From Deltaproteobacteria bacterium (lineage in GTDB: Bacteria; Desulfobacterota_D; UBA1144; Nemesobacterales; CSP1-2), in NCBI GenBank assembly GCA_052390235.1, contig JBQTHB010000002.1, positions 352,001 to 416,000 of the forward strand: a stretch of DNA of 64,000 nucleotides, read 5' to 3'. The translations under genes were made by a program, and so were the position numbers. This document shows, in pieces, positions 10,348 to 19,100 of this stretch. Under the pieces are notes generated by a model. That model did not search any database. It worked only from the letters and a program-made list of their open reading frames with translations, and was not told the DNA's origin. Numbering within the stretch: position 1 is the stretch's first letter; each line of letters starts with the position of its first letter.

Positions 10348-13300
10348 ATGTCTGAGAAGAAGAAGGGCGGAATTAAAAGAAGAGACTTCCTGAAAATTAT
10401 AGGGGTTGCCGGAGGCACGGCGGCTGTAGCCGGGGCTTGCTCTTCAGAGCCTGTTGACCAAATCATTCCCTACGTTATCCCGCCGGAAGACCTCATTCCA
10501 GGTATCCCTAAGTGGTTTGCAAGCACCTGTACGGAGTGTTCTGCGGGTTGCGGCATCGTCGTGAAGAACCGCGAGGGCAGGGCGATAAAAGTTGAGGGAA
10601 ATCCGAAGAACCCGATAAACGCAGGCACTCTTTGCGCAATGGGGCAGGCATCCCTCCAGGGGCTCTACAACCCAGACCGCACCCGCTCGCCGCTTGCGAA
10701 AAACGCATCTGGCAAGCACGAGCCTATAAAATGGGACGCCGCCGAAAAAACCCTCGCCGATAGGATTAAAAAACTCCAAGCCGAGGGGAAATCCGATAAA
10801 ATTGTCTTTCTCACCAATAGCGTCTCAGGCAGTATGGAAAAGCTCATTAAGTCGTGGCTCGCCGCCCTTGGAGGCGGTGGTTCTACCGTGTCCGCTGGCG
10901 TCCTCAGCGAGAGCGAAGGGCTGACCGAGAGCGGACTGACCCAGGTATCAAAGAGCGGAAAGCACATAACCTATGAGACTTTCGCCCATGAACCAATAGC
11001 CGAGGCAAACCGCATCTCCTTTGGCTTGGCTAAAATCCCGACCTATAACCTCGAAAAAGCAAAATATATCCTATCCTTCGGGGCGGATTTCCTTGAGACA
11101 TGGCTCTCTCCCACGGAATACGCCGCTAAATTCACCCAATCCCATAGCTATAGAGACGGGAGCATGGGCAAGCTCGTGCAGGTCGAGCCTAGAACCTCCC
11201 TTGCCGGTGTCAACGCCGATGAATGGGTGGCGATAAAGCCGGGAGCGGACGTATTCCTCGCCCTAGCAGTGGCAAATGTCATCGTGAGCGAGGGGCTGAA
11301 TAGCTCTTCAGTAGATGAAGCCATCAGGACGCTCCTCGGAAACTACGATGCCGCGAAGGCTTCAACCCTCACCGGGGTGTCCGAGGATAAAATACGGCAG
11401 ATTGCAAAGGAATTCGCCTCTGCGCCGAGCATAGCCATAGGCGGGGGAGCGGCTACCACCGCTACGAACGCTACTGAAACCCTAGTGGCGATAAATATTC
11501 TCAACTACGTCGCTGGAAATATCGGGGACACTCTGGATTTTGCAAAGAGCCTAACCATAACCGACGCGGCGTCATTCAGAGATATGGGCGCGCTTGCCAA
11601 GGCGATGTCCGCGGGCGATGTTGAACTGCTCCTAGTGTCCGGCGTGAACCCGCTGTTTACCCTTCCCAAGTCGCTTAAATTTGACGAGGCTATGAAGAGA
11701 GTCCCCTACGTGGTGAGTTTCTCCAGCTTCATGGATGAAACGGCGGCGGCGGCGCACTTGATTCTTCCAGACATAACAAATCTCGAGAGATGGGGAGACT
11801 ACGCGCCTAGGGACGGCGTCTATGGACTAATTCAACCGGCTATGAATACGGTGAACCTGTTCAACGCAAAGCCAATGGGCGATGTGATGCTCTCGGTGAG
11901 CAAGCAGATTGACTCGATAAAAGAGGGATTTGCGTGGAAGGATTTTTATGAATATCTAAGAGATGAGTGGAAAAACAGCGTTATGCCGGCCGTTGCCCCC
12001 GGAAGCGATTTCGACTCGTTCTGGGCTGAATGTGTGCAGAACGGCGGAATTTACCGAGAACCCGCGCCGATTGCCGTGAGTCTGTCCTCTGGGGTTTCAG
12101 ATGTGGCGTTCCCGCCGGCTAGATTCGAGGGCGCGGGCGATGTGTATTTTGTCGCCTATCCCTCGTCCAGATACTATGACGGCAGAGGGGCAAATAAGCC
12201 CTGGCTTCAGGAGCTTCCAGACCCTATAACGACGGCAGTCTGGGATTCTTGGGCTGAGATTCACCCTGACATGGCGCACAGGCTCGGCGTTGAAGAGGGG
12301 GATTTCCTATCAATTGAGTCTCCTTATGGAAAAATCGAGACTCAGGCGTTCGTCTATAAGGGCGTGAGGCCCGACACCATTGCCGTTCCCATAGGTCTTG
12401 GGCATAAAAACTACGGACGCTATGCAGAAAACGTCGGCGTGAACCCGATAGAGATATTGCCCTCCGCAGTTGACGAGAGGTCGGGCGGCTTTGCTTGGCT
12501 TTCGGCAATGGTAAAGGTTTCGAAAACAGGAAAATCTAAGAAGCTCGTAAAGACCCAATATACGCTCTCCCAGTTCGATAGGAAAATTGCGCAGTCAACG
12601 ACTCTGGCCGAGATTAAGGGCGGACATCACGGAGAGCATCACGAAGAGATTGGAGAAGGCGGCTATGGATTATATAAACCCCATGAGCATATAAACTACC
12701 GCTGGGGAATGACGATAGACCTGTCTAAGTGTACGGGTTGTGGCTCCTGCGTTACGGCTTGCTACGCCGAGAACAACATTGCCATCGTCGGAAAGGATCA
12801 GGTTTCGAGAGGGCGCTACATGGGCTGGCTAAGGATTGAGCGCTTCTTCGAGGATACACCTGACGGCGGCTTCGACACGAAATTTCTCCCCATGCTCTGC
12901 CAGCACTGCGACAACGCCCCATGCGAGCCTGTATGCCCGGTCTATGCCACCTATCACAACCACGAGGGGCTCAACGTTATGGTCTATAACCGTTGCGTTG
13001 GCACGAGGTACTGCTCAAACAACTGCACCTACAAGGTCAGGAGATTTAACTGGTATATGTACAAGTGGGCTGAGCCTCTTAACTGGCAACTCAACCCGGA
13101 TGTTACTGTGAGAAGCGTGGGGGTGATGGAGAAATGCACTTTCTGCTCTCATAGAATTGTTCAAGCCAAGGATCACGCCAAGGACGAGGGAAGGCTCCTG
13201 AGGGACGGGGAATTCAACGTCGCCTGCGCCCAGGCTTGCGCGTCTAAGGCGATAGTGTTCGGCAATTTAATGGACTCGGAAAGCGCCGTTTCCCGCTCAT

Positions 13301-13392
13301 TGGATGAACACAGAGGGTATCACGTTCTCAATGAGGTTAATACGAAACCTTCGATTACATATCTAAAAAAAGTGAAGCAGGATAGGGCATAA
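10348..13392 (+). CDS. actB: Alternative complex III subunit B (molybdopterin oxidoreductase-like + Fe-S domain, TAT lipoprotein)
   Basis: KRRDFLK TAT motif, AGAC lipobox, WLQELPDP, C-terminal ferredoxin motifs including CVGTRYCSNNC. Confidence 0.92.
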   Translation: MSEKKKGGIKRRDFLKIIGVAGGTAAVAGACSSEPVDQIIPYVIPPEDLIPGIPKWFASTCTECSAGCGIVVKNREGRAIKVEGNPKNPINAGTLCAMGQASLQGLYNPDRTRSPLAKNASGKHEPIKWDAAEKTLADRIKKLQAEGKSDKIVFLTNSVSGSMEKLIKSWLAALGGGGSTVSAGVLSESEGLTESGLTQVSKSGKHITYETFAHEPIAEANRISFGLAKIPTYNLEKAKYILSFGADFLETWLSPTEYAAKFTQSHSYRDGSMGKLVQVEPRTSLAGVNADEWVAIKPGADVFLALAVANVIVSEGLNSSSVDEAIRTLLGNYDAAKASTLTGVSEDKIRQIAKEFASAPSIAIGGGAATTATNATETLVAINILNYVAGNIGDTLDFAKSLTITDAASFRDMGALAKAMSAGDVELLLVSGVNPLFTLPKSLKFDEAMKRVPYVVSFSSFMDETAAAAHLILPDITNLERWGDYAPRDGVYGLIQPAMNTVNLFNAKPMGDVMLSVSKQIDSIKEGFAWKDFYEYLRDEWKNSVMPAVAPGSDFDSFWAECVQNGGIYREPAPIAVSLSSGVSDVAFPPARFEGAGDVYFVAYPSSRYYDGRGANKPWLQELPDPITTAVWDSWAEIHPDMAHRLGVEEGDFLSIESPYGKIETQAFVYKGVRPDTIAVPIGLGHKNYGRYAENVGVNPIEILPSAVDERSGGFAWLSAMVKVSKTGKSKKLVKTQYTLSQFDRKIAQSTTLAEIKGGHHGEHHEEIGEGGYGLYKPHEHINYRWGMTIDLSKCTGCGSCVTACYAENNIAIVGKDQVSRGRYMGWLRIERFFEDTPDGGFDTKFLPMLCQHCDNAPCEPVCPVYATYHNHEGLNVMVYNRCVGTRYCSNNCTYKVRRFNWYMYKWAEPLNWQLNPDVTVRSVGVMEKCTFCSHRIVQAKDHAKDEGRLLRDGEFNVACAQACASKAIVFGNLMDSESAVSRSLDEHRGYHVLNEVNTKPSITYLKKVKQDRA

Positions 13393-14732
13393 TGAGCGAA
13401 GAAACTACCACACTAACTTACGCTAAGGTAAACCGCGACATAATACGGATGCTGGATAAGCCGGGCAATAAGTGGCTTGCGCTGTTTCTGTTTGACCTCG
13501 CCGTGCTTGCCATCGGTATAGGTTGCTTTATATATCAGGTCAGCACGGGGCTGGGCGTTGCGGGCTACGGTCATCCGGTTTTTTGGGCTATCTACATTAC
13601 AAACTTCGTTTTCTGGGTTGGTATCGCTCACTCAGGCACTCTCATCTCGGCGATTTTATTTTTATTTCGGGCGAGATTCCGATTGTCAATATACCGAATA
13701 GCCGAGGCGATGACCGTTTTTGCCGTTGCTACGGCGGGTCTGTTCCCGATAATACACCTTGGCAGACCGTGGAATTTCTACTGGCTTCTGCCGTATCCGA
13801 ACCAGAGGGAGCTTTGGGTGAATTTTAAATCCCCTCTGCTTTGGGACGTTTTCGCCGTAAGCACTTACGCGACGGTCAGCACGGTGTTCTTTTTCGTGGG
13901 AATGATTCCCGACCTCGCCGCTATAAGAGACTCGGCTAAAGATAATCTAAGAAAGAAGATATACACTTTTCTCTCCCTTGGATGGAAAGGGTCGAACTGG
14001 GAATGGCTGCACTACACGAGAGCTTATTTGTACTTCGCCGCCTTCGCCACTCCGCTAGTTATCTCGGTTCACAGCGTTGTGTCTTGGGACTTTGCCATGG
14101 CGAACACCCCTGGATGGCACACAACGATATTTCCCCCCTACTTCGTAGCCGGAGCTATTTTCTCTGGGCTAGGAATGGTTATAACGCTCGTCGTTCCAAT
14201 TAGAAAGATATTTCATCTGGAAGAGTACATTACGGTTGACAATTTCGAGGGTATGGCAAAGCTGATAATTCTCACCTCGACTATAGTCGGCTACGCCTAC
14301 GGAGTTGAGTTCTTTATGGCGTGGTACAGCAGCAACCCTCATGAGTGGGGACAGTTTCTCTACAGGGCAACCGGCGACTACGCGCTCTTTTATTGGATAA
14401 TGGTCGTCTGTAACGTGTTTATCCCTCTGGCGCTGTGGTTTAAGAAAGTGCGCACGAACATAAAGGCTCTTTTCGTAATATCGCTTTTCATCAACATAGG
14501 AATGTGGTTTGAGAGGTTTAACATTATTGTTATATCCCTGTCTCATGAGTTTGACCCCGGCGCATGGGGATTTTATAAACCCACTTGGGTTGAACTTGGA
14601 ATTACGGCAGGGAGTTTTGCTTGGTTCTTCATGTTTTTCTTGATATTTATTAAGACGCTTCCTGCGCTTTCGATTTCAGAGCTAAAAGAGGCTCTTCCGG
14701 CGCCGATGAAGAAGAAGGGAGAAGGGAAATGA
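13392..14732 (+). CDS. actC: Alternative complex III quinol-binding membrane subunit (NrfD/PsrC family)
   Basis: FVFWVGIAHSGTLISA, HLGRPW, SPLLWD, WHTTIFPPYFV, WFERF. Confidence 0.93.
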   Translation: MSEETTTLTYAKVNRDIIRMLDKPGNKWLALFLFDLAVLAIGIGCFIYQVSTGLGVAGYGHPVFWAIYITNFVFWVGIAHSGTLISAILFLFRARFRLSIYRIAEAMTVFAVATAGLFPIIHLGRPWNFYWLLPYPNQRELWVNFKSPLLWDVFAVSTYATVSTVFFFVGMIPDLAAIRDSAKDNLRKKIYTFLSLGWKGSNWEWLHYTRAYLYFAAFATPLVISVHSVVSWDFAMANTPGWHTTIFPPYFVAGAIFSGLGMVITLVVPIRKIFHLEEYITVDNFEGMAKLIILTSTIVGYAYGVEFFMAWYSSNPHEWGQFLYRATGDYALFYWIMVVCNVFIPLALWFKKVRTNIKALFVISLFINIGMWFERFNIIVISLSHEFDPGAWGFYKPTWVELGITAGSFAWFFMFFLIFIKTLPALSISELKEALPAPMKKKGEGK

Positions 14733-15241
14733 CAAAGAAGCAAGGTGTGATTGGGGTTTTCTCTTACGTCGATAGCGCTCTGGACGCGGTTAGAAAACTA
14801 AAGAAAGCAGGCTTCAGCGACATTAGGGTTTTCTCTCCCGTCCCTAACCATGAGATAGAAGACGAGTTGAAAGAGAGCGAGAGCATCGTGAGGTTTTTTA
14901 CTCTCACCGGAGCGACTGTCGGGGCGCTTTGCGGACTAGGTTTTACGATATTGACCTCTCTTGCCTGGCCCATACATGTCAGCGCTAAGCCAATTGTTTC
15001 GATTCCGCCATTTATGATTATCGTGTTCGAGCTGGCGGTTCTCCTAGGCGCGCTGTCGAATTTTGTTGGGCTTTTGATTAATTCTCGTCTGCGCAATAAC
15101 GCTCCCGTAGCGCTTTACGATGAGAGATTCTCGGATGATAAATTCGGAGTCGCGGTTGTATGCACCGACGGAACTATGGCTAGGGTTCAGGATATATTGC
15201 AATCGTCCGGCGCCGAGGACGTAAAATTTGAAGGTGTGTAG
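14729..15241 (+). CDS. actD: Alternative complex III subunit D (DUF3341)
   Basis: FSPVPNH, two TMs, FELAVL, RFSDDKFG; operon position. Confidence 0.88.
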   Translation: MTKKQGVIGVFSYVDSALDAVRKLKKAGFSDIRVFSPVPNHEIEDELKESESIVRFFTLTGATVGALCGLGFTILTSLAWPIHVSAKPIVSIPPFMIIVFELAVLLGALSNFVGLLINSRLRNNAPVALYDERFSDDKFGVAVVCTDGTMARVQDILQSSGAEDVKFEGV

Positions 15242-15295
15242 CGGAAAACCCCGGCGTTTTGTTCTCTCCACCTGCGCTAAGGAGGTAATACAGGC

Positions 15296-15799
15296 TTGAT
15301 TACTTCGGGATTAAAAAAACTACTGATGACTGCTGTATTTTCGACTCTCGTGGCAGGCGCGGCGCATTCCATGCCGTGGTCAACCGATATGTTTGAACAA
15401 CCCTCGGTTCAGCCCTACGAGATGCCGCTTTCCAACCCTAAACACTCTATTCCGACAACCGGACGTTCCGCTCAGGTTAAGGACAGAGAGAAAATCGAGG
15501 CGATAGTCGAAAATCCGCACAAGCCCACTGAGGCTTCGCTAAAGCACGGGGAGGAGTTATTCGGGGTTTATTGCGTTGTCTGCCATGGCACTGCCGGAAA
15601 GGGGGATGGCCCGGTGATAAAGAAGGGATTCTACCCGGTTGACTTGACTGCGCCAGGCGTGCAGGGGCGAACAGAGGGCTATATATACGGCTACATACGC
15701 TTCGGGGGTAAGGTAATGATGCCGAGCTATGGCGAGAGCATGACCTCGGAAGAGGCGTGGGATGTTGTGAATTATGTGAGGAAGCTTCAGGGCAAATAA
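15296..15799 (+). CDS. actE: Alternative complex III monoheme cytochrome c subunit
   Basis: Signal peptide, DMFEQPS, CVVCH...GKGDG, MPSYG; AAGGAGGT SD with TTG start. Confidence 0.87.
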   Translation: MITSGLKKLLMTAVFSTLVAGAAHSMPWSTDMFEQPSVQPYEMPLSNPKHSIPTTGRSAQVKDREKIEAIVENPHKPTEASLKHGEELFGVYCVVCHGTAGKGDGPVIKKGFYPVDLTAPGVQGRTEGYIYGYIRFGGKVMMPSYGESMTSEEAWDVVNYVRKLQGK

Positions 15800-15831
15800 C
15801 TCAAAACATTACAGAGGAGTTGGTAAATAAA

Positions 15832-17076
15832 ATGGACGAGAGAGTTAGAGACGAGATTTTATCAAAGAGGCCGAAGCTTCCGAAATTGCTCTTTTTAGTT
15901 CTGCTGGGGGTTGTAATAGCAGGCGTTTACACGTTCATCTCCCAAATCGGCGGGGAAAACCCCGATGAGGCTTGGCAGATTTATCTCATAAATTTCGTCT
16001 TCTGGGCTGGAGTCGCTCAGGCGGGAATTATATTCTCCTGCGCTCTGAGGGTAGCTCAGGGGAGGTGGGGAAGGCCTCTTCTGAGGGTCGCCGAGGCGTT
16101 AGGCTCGTTTATTCCGGTGTCTTTTATTCTGCTTCTCATCCTCCTATTCTACGGCAGGGACACTCTCCTGCCTTATGCCACGGAGCATTATCATCACCCC
16201 AAAGACATTTGGCTCGATATGTCTTTCGTTACATGGCGGCATATTATAGTGTTCTCGCTTCTCTTTATCGTCAGCCTCAGATATCTGTACTTCTCGCTTA
16301 GGCAGGACTTAGGGGGCGCGAAAAATTTATCTGGAATGTCCGGCTGGATAGCCTCGGGCTGGCGGGGCGAGGAAGACAGGAAAAATTGCTGGTCGAAGCT
16401 CACCCGGCTTGCGCCGCTTACGGCTCTGCTCTATGCAGCTGCCTTTAGCCTCATTGCTTGGGATTTTATGATGTCTCTCCATCCGCACTGGTTCAGCACT
16501 CTGTTTGGTCCATACTACTTCATAGCGAGCCTCCTTGCCGCTATGGGCGCGACTATCATCCTCTCGATAATGGTCAGAAAGCACCTCAATCTGCAAGAAT
16601 ACATCACTCAGCACCAGTACTACGACATCGGGAAACTGTTTCTCGGCTTCTCAATGTTCTGGGTCTATCTCATGTTCTCGCAGTTCCTAGCAATTTGGTA
16701 CGCCAATATGCCGGAGGAAACGGGTTTCGTTATAGACCGAGTGAGGCAGGAGCCGTTTAAGACCATCTCTTGGGCTGTGGTTTCGTGTTGCTTCTTCTTC
16801 CCATTTGTGTCCCTTATCCCGCGCACCACGAAAGTCGTAATGCCGATGCTCGCGTTTGTAGCTTCGGTATCTTTTGTCGGGCTTTGGATTGAGAAGCTGG
16901 TTTTAATCGTCCCCTCGTTTTCCACAGAGGTTACGTTTGGTCTCCCTCACGTATTGATAACGCTTGGATTTCTTGCGGGATTTATTATTACTTTCCTGCT
17001 CTTTGTAAGGGCTTTCCCGATGATCCCCGTAGGGGACCCGCTGTTTGACGGAAAGGGCGGCTCTCATCATCACTAA
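15832..17076 (+). CDS. actF: Alternative complex III membrane subunit F
   Basis: Polytopic; WDFMMSLHPHWFSTLFG, FSQFLAIWYANMPEE. Confidence 0.9.
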   Translation: MDERVRDEILSKRPKLPKLLFLVLLGVVIAGVYTFISQIGGENPDEAWQIYLINFVFWAGVAQAGIIFSCALRVAQGRWGRPLLRVAEALGSFIPVSFILLLILLFYGRDTLLPYATEHYHHPKDIWLDMSFVTWRHIIVFSLLFIVSLRYLYFSLRQDLGGAKNLSGMSGWIASGWRGEEDRKNCWSKLTRLAPLTALLYAAAFSLIAWDFMMSLHPHWFSTLFGPYYFIASLLAAMGATIILSIMVRKHLNLQEYITQHQYYDIGKLFLGFSMFWVYLMFSQFLAIWYANMPEETGFVIDRVRQEPFKTISWAVVSCCFFFPFVSLIPRTTKVVMPMLAFVASVSFVGLWIEKLVLIVPSFSTEVTFGLPHVLITLGFLAGFIITFLLFVRAFPMIPVGDPLFDGKGGSHHH

Positions 17077-17090
17077 GGAGAATACTGAAA

Positions 17091-17231
17091 ATGGACGAAT
17101 CAACGGATAAAATCGCCCAGTTTATAATTGTCAATCTGATTTTCGGGGTATTGGGTTTTATCGCTACCATTGTTACTCTGTCTCTTGCCGGTCCGTGTCT
17201 GCCGGGGTTGCTACAACAGCTCCCTTGGTAG
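17091..17231 (+). CDS. Small single-TM protein at end of act operon (46 aa; not in ORF track)
   Basis: AAGGAG SD just after actF stop; MDESTDKIAQFIIVNLIFGVLGFIATIVTLSLAGPCLPGLLQQLPW*. Confidence 0.7.
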   Translation: MDESTDKIAQFIIVNLIFGVLGFIATIVTLSLAGPCLPGLLQQLPW

Positions 17232-17280
17232 CGGATACGGCCCCGGTTGCCGACGCTTTTTTATCTGATTATACACACCG

Positions 17281-17321
17281 CGCCTCGCCGAAAGGGTCTC
17301 CTTTATAGGCGGGGCGTTTTT
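17281..17321 (+). terminator. Rho-independent terminator of act operon
   Basis: CGCCTCGCC...GGCGGGGCG stem followed by TTTTT. Confidence 0.7.
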
Positions 17322-17433
17322 GCGTTGGCTTTTGAAATGGCATTATTTACGTTAAGATAGTTTATCTTCTCCGATAATTCGGTTACATTAGATTCATCAA
17401 GCCGAATAGATAAAACTTAGGGGGTAATCAGAG

Positions 17434-18228
17434 ATGAAGCGGTTATTTACTCTAATTGGAATTGTGTTGGCTATAGGTTTTTATGCCGCCTGCGCTGGAG
17501 TGGATGTTGACACAAGCGAGCTGGCGTCTCTCGAGGAGCCGCCGTCGTCTGCGAATATCACCCCTGCTCCGTCGTCTGAAACTCCGGCCGGAACTGAAAC
17601 TGCGGCAAAGCCCCAAAGCCCTCCTTCCGCTCAAGCGGCGCAGTCCCAAGACCCTCAATTTACCGCCGGACTGTCCCTGTCCCAAATCACTCGGCTCGTG
17701 GAGTCGGAATTAAACAGAGCCGCCGCCGAGCAGGTTATATTTAACTCGCCACAGCAAATAGCAGTGGGCAGCAAGAAAAAGGTAGAGGTGCGAATCTCCA
17801 ACGCCCTAGCCGAGGACATTACAAAAGCTATACGCACTCAGAGGGGGGCAGAAGCCGAGGGGCTATCGGTGGTTGGCCCTAAAAAGGTGAGCCTCGCCGG
17901 CGAGGGGTTTGATATTCAGCCGCGAAATCCAGTAGCATCCGGGAATTTTACGCAGTGGGATTTCGACGTAACCCCCATGGAAATTGGAGAGAGAATCCTA
18001 TCGCTCGCCGTAACTGTGGCGGTTGCCGCTCCGAATGCGGCAGAGCAGGAGAGGACTTATAAGCTATTTGACAAGAAAATTAATGTGGCTGAGAAGGTGG
18101 AGTTCACCATAGGCGCTTTCCTCGAAAATTATCTGCTTTGGATTGTGAGCGTGATTATAATTGCCGCAGTCGCAGGGTATATCGCGCGTGAGCTTTATAA
18201 CGAGAGCAAGTCCGGGAAAGCGGCGTAG
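17434..18228 (+). CDS. Hypothetical lipoprotein with C-terminal TM helix
   Basis: Lipobox-like YAAC, Pro/Ala/Ser linker, beta-rich domain, hydrophobic C-terminal helix. Confidence 0.7.
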   Translation: MKRLFTLIGIVLAIGFYAACAGVDVDTSELASLEEPPSSANITPAPSSETPAGTETAAKPQSPPSAQAAQSQDPQFTAGLSLSQITRLVESELNRAAAEQVIFNSPQQIAVGSKKKVEVRISNALAEDITKAIRTQRGAEAEGLSVVGPKKVSLAGEGFDIQPRNPVASGNFTQWDFDVTPMEIGERILSLAVTVAVAAPNAAEQERTYKLFDKKINVAEKVEFTIGAFLENYLLWIVSVIIIAAVAGYIARELYNESKSGKAA

Positions 18229-18346
18229 TGCGGGCGTGGATGGGGGTGGATTGAGGCAGAGTGGGGGGGTATTATCTTGAGGGGATGTTGCAATGGGCGC
18301 GGTAAATTTGTAAAATCTAGTTAACAGAGAATTAAGGAGGCAGCAA

Positions 18347-18802
18347 ATGGATCTAAAAAAAGTGATAGAGGGTTTAAATAAGGGGCTCTCTCTCGAATAT
18401 GCGAGCCTGATTCAGGGGCTTCAGCACAGCTTTCTCGTTCAGGGGCTATTCAGGGAGTCAATTTCTCCTATGCTCAGGGGCCATGCCGAGGAGTCGTTTA
18501 AGCACGCCAAGATGCTCGGCGATAAGATTGTCGCCCTAGGCGGGCTTCCCACGGTTGAACCCTCGACCGTGAGGCAGGCCTCAGACCTTACAGAGATGCT
18601 AAAGCAGGATTTGGAGCTCGCCTATGAGGTTTATAACCACTACGAGAGCGTGCTACTACTCGTGCAGGACGACACTCCTCTTCGCGTGATGATTGAAAAT
18701 CTCGTCGAGGCTGAAAAAGAGGACTGCGAAGAGCTTGAGAAGATCCTTGAGATGAAAACCATTAAAGTTAAAGACAAAGAGCTTAAGTTCAAAGCCAAGT
18801 AA
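18347..18802 (+). CDS. Ferritin-like (bacterioferritin/Dps-related) protein
   Basis: EESFKHA...DKIVALGGLP, MLKQDL helical bundle pattern; AAGGAGG SD. Confidence 0.82.
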   Translation: MDLKKVIEGLNKGLSLEYASLIQGLQHSFLVQGLFRESISPMLRGHAEESFKHAKMLGDKIVALGGLPTVEPSTVRQASDLTEMLKQDLELAYEVYNHYESVLLLVQDDTPLRVMIENLVEAEKEDCEELEKILEMKTIKVKDKELKFKAK

Positions 18803-18809
18803 ATAAATA

Positions 18810-18839
18810 AGGGGGGCGCAAGCGAGCGTCCCCTCTCTT
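18810..18839 (+). terminator. Putative terminator after ferritin-like gene
   Basis: AGGGGGGCGC / GCGTCCCCT stem followed by CTCTT. Confidence 0.5.
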
Positions 18840-19100
18840 ACTAGCCGACTTTCGCTCATCTCATTCTGACTTTTTCGGCTTCCCTCAAAACGCTCTCATA
18901 TAACTGGGTTTCCCCTGTAAACATACGGGAATGGCGGACTAATTAATAAAGGCTTAGTATTGAATTGGGGACTATTGACAGGACTACCTATGTCATATCA
19001 GACATTTCCCCGTGTGAGATACTACTTATATCTTTGTTAGCGGCAAGGCTTGGGCGACAGTGCGTCCCTCAACATTGTTGCATAAAACGCAGCAGGGACA

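Noticed and set aside
18972..19006. Short palindromes (TGACA..TGTCA, ATGTC..GACAT), plus TGGATAT..ATGTCCA near 21294
   Set aside because: Arms of 5-7 bp in AT-rich DNA can arise by chance; no consistent consensus.
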